Assembly: GCA_022562515.1 (NCBI GenBank)
Contig: JADFPB010000001.1
Location: forward strand, 1-38,748
DNA length: 38,748 nt
Direction: 5' to 3'
Source of the DNA: Chloroflexota bacterium
GTDB taxonomy: Bacteria > Chloroflexota > Dehalococcoidia > Lucifugimonadales > Lucifugimonadaceae
Positions 37,276 through 38,748 of the stretch are shown here, in pieces. Position 1 is the first letter of the stretch; every line of letters starts with the position of its first letter. Both the position numbers and the translations under genes were made by a program. A model generated the notes under the pieces. It was not told where the DNA came from. It saw nothing but the letters and a program-made list of their open reading frames with translations, and ran no database searches.

Positions 37276-37911
37276 CTAACGCTCAGAGGAGATCCCGACG
37301 AGTGCGTGAAACAGGTTATCGAAGCCCGAAGGCTGCTCATCGAGCGCCTGGGCCCGCCACTGGACGCCTATTACCCATGCCTGTCCGGGCACCTCGATAG
37401 CCTCCAGAACACCGTCAGCCAGCGCGTATGCGCTTGCGAGCGTGCCGGGCGCCTGCAGTGCCCTCGTAACGCCGTGAGTGTGGCTGCCGGAGGCCATCAC
37501 CGATCCTGCGCCCCCAATCGTCTCGGCCAGCTTGCTGCCCAGCGCCATGAAGATTCCGTGCCGGGTGGGGGATGTTTCGTCGCCGGCGCCGCTGCCAGGG
37601 CCGGAGTGGCCCGCAACCGGAACCGGCGAGCCTCCGCCAAGGGCAATGTTCAGGGCCTGCATACCGGCATCTATGCACAACACGGGGATGCCGGCGCTGA
37701 GCGCGATATCAAGGGCCGGAGGCGCCGCCTCTCCTGACACGCCGAACGAACCGCTTCCAGACACGCATAGCCCGACCGTATCCGGAGGCAGGGGTTCTTC
37801 AACACTGAACACTGCAACGTCACCACCGGCAGATTCAATTGCGCTAAACGTTGCCGGCGTCTGTTCATCGCCAAGAAAAAGAAGCGCGATTAGCGGGCGA
37901 GCCTGATTCAC
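37276..37911 (-). CDS. class I glutamine amidotransferase-like (peptidase C26 / PuuD-like) protein with the catalytic triad substituted
   Basis: 211 aa, GTG start. Family-typical GIPVL-x-I-x-x-GMQALNIALGG and DGVLEAIE...VIGVQW. However, the nucleophile-elbow position reads D (LCIDAGMQ vs LGICRGMQ) and the HPE segment reads RAQ (GVQWRAQ). Confidence 0.75.
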   Translation of the reverse strand: MNQARPLIALLFLGDEQTPATFSAIESAGGDVAVFSVEEPLPPDTVGLCVSGSGSFGVSGEAAPPALDIALSAGIPVLCIDAGMQALNIALGGGSPVPVAGHSGPGSGAGDETSPTRHGIFMALGSKLAETIGGAGSVMASGSHTHGVTRALQAPGTLASAYALADGVLEAIEVPGQAWVIGVQWRAQALDEQPSGFDNLFHALVGISSER

Positions 37912-37980
37912 GAGCGCCTGATTCGCGAGCGACTGGGCATGCAGACTGTTCTCACTGGCCGATCTGGCCGATTTGCGAAT

Positions 37981-38577
37981 CTAGAACGGAATGCCCCAGA
38001 TCGGCCGCCACTCTTCCAGTTCTTTCTCTACGGAGACGTTGACCCGCCGCATCATGCGGCTGATCTGCATCTCACCGGGCCGATTGCGTTCTTCGTCCCC
38101 TTCGGGAACGAACGGGTAGAAGCGTTGCCTGTCATATCGGTACACCCAGTAGCCAATCGTCCCGGGCGCCCAGTCGTTCTCGCCGGAGTCGAGACCGCCG
38201 CCGCGGTAAAACTCGAAGACGGCCGCAATGCGCAGTGAACCTGCATCGTTCTGGGCCATCGCGTTGCCTATGGTGTACAGGGAGCTAACCAGATCTTCGA
38301 AGTTCCCATCGTCCAGCACGATCCAGTTCGTCCCGTGGTCGTCCGTCTCAATCCGGGCCGCGGTCTTCGTCGCGCCTTCTCCTTCATTCAGGATGTGGAT
38401 CAACTCTCGATCGAGGCTCTGGAGAAACTCGTTGTTCTCGTCCGGGCGGTAGAGAAGACCCGCGCGGCGCGACGGCGATATCTCGCGCTCGCTGTGGAGC
38501 TGCGATTCCGCGCGCAGGATGGTCCTCATGACCTCCCAATCGTCCACCGGTCCCGATTTCCTTCCGAAAAGACTCAT
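37981..38577 (-). CDS. conserved-looking hypothetical protein (tentatively PspA-associated PspAB-like)
   Basis: 198 aa, ATG start. C-terminal ...RFYPFVPEG...EEWRPIWGIPF resembles, from memory only, the FYPF.P / W.P.WG.P ending of PspAB-type proteins. Lies directly downstream of an HtpX-like gene. Confidence 0.6.
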   Translation of the reverse strand: MSLFGRKSGPVDDWEVMRTILRAESQLHSEREISPSRRAGLLYRPDENNEFLQSLDRELIHILNEGEGATKTAARIETDDHGTNWIVLDDGNFEDLVSSLYTIGNAMAQNDAGSLRIAAVFEFYRGGGLDSGENDWAPGTIGYWVYRYDRQRFYPFVPEGDEERNRPGEMQISRMMRRVNVSVEKELEEWRPIWGIPF

Positions 38578-38584
38578 CTTTATC

Positions 38585-38652
38585 TCAGTCCCGTCATCAT
38601 TTCAGGCCTGTCATCATTTCAGTCCTGTCATCATCTCAGGCCCCGTCATCTC
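38585..38652. repeat. four tandem 17-nt repeats spanning the stop of the HtpX-like gene and the following spacer
   Basis: Plus strand: TCAGTCCCGTCATCATT / TCAGGCCTGTCATCATT / TCAGTCCTGTCATCATC / TCAGGCCCCGTCATCTC. Minus-strand unit: TGA(A/G)ATGATGAC(A/G)GG(A/C)C. Confidence 0.7.
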
Positions 38653-38748
38653 GCGCTCCATCGCGCGGAGTCGCGCCACCCTGTCTTCAACAGCAGGATG
38701 TGTGGAGAGCAGCTTGCCGATACCGTTGCCGCGCAGGGCCGGAATAAT
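38614..38748 (-). CDS. M48-family (HtpX-like) metalloprotease, C-terminal fragment; the gene continues beyond the window
   Basis: The reverse frame reads IIPALRGNGIGKLLSTHPAVEDRVARLRAMEREMTGPEMMTGLK*. STHP..E.R...L is the usual HtpX/M48 C-terminal motif. Confidence 0.55.
   Translation of the reverse strand: MIPALRGNGIGKLLSTHPAVEDRVARLRAMEREMTGPEMMTGLK

Noticed and set aside
38585-38652. CRISPR-like array.
   Set aside because: The units are only 17 nt and directly abutting, with no spacers. No cas genes are in the window. It is a simple tandem repeat.

Overview
GC-rich bacterial chromosomal segment, almost entirely core metabolism and housekeeping. I found no mobile element, CRISPR array, tRNA/rRNA gene or recognisable defence system. 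All calls come from reading motifs by eye; no searches were run.

Gene content, left to right:
- MOSC-domain gene, then an E1 alpha/beta 2-oxoacid dehydrogenase pair with no E2/E3.
- A ~13-kb same-strand respiratory unit: an Alternative Complex III (pentahaem ActA, split ActB1/ActB2, two adjacent NrfD-type subunits, ActD, monohaem ActE), then System I cytochrome c maturation genes ccmH and ccmF, then two unassigned membrane proteins that share a CcmI-like helix.
- Two tandem SDR paralogues.
- A fatty-acid/phospholipid cluster: two hot-dog dehydratase halves, plsX, fabG, fabL.
- ygfZ next to an A-type Fe-S carrier gene.
- hisH-hisA-(methyltransferase)-hisF-(HAD)-hisIE.
- rplU-rpmA-rpmE followed by a DUF1385 gene.
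- Flavin reductase, MMPL transporter, gyrA.
- A glutamine-amidotransferase-like gene with its catalytic triad substituted, an unassigned 198-aa gene, and the 3' end of an HtpX-like protease gene.

Most worth a second look:
- The hairpin-dense ORF-free 0.5 kb at the left edge.
- The CcmI-like pair after ccmF.
- The rearranged ACIII cluster.
- The triad-less amidotransferase homologue.
- Two short tandem-repeat arrays (21.4 kb and 38.6 kb).
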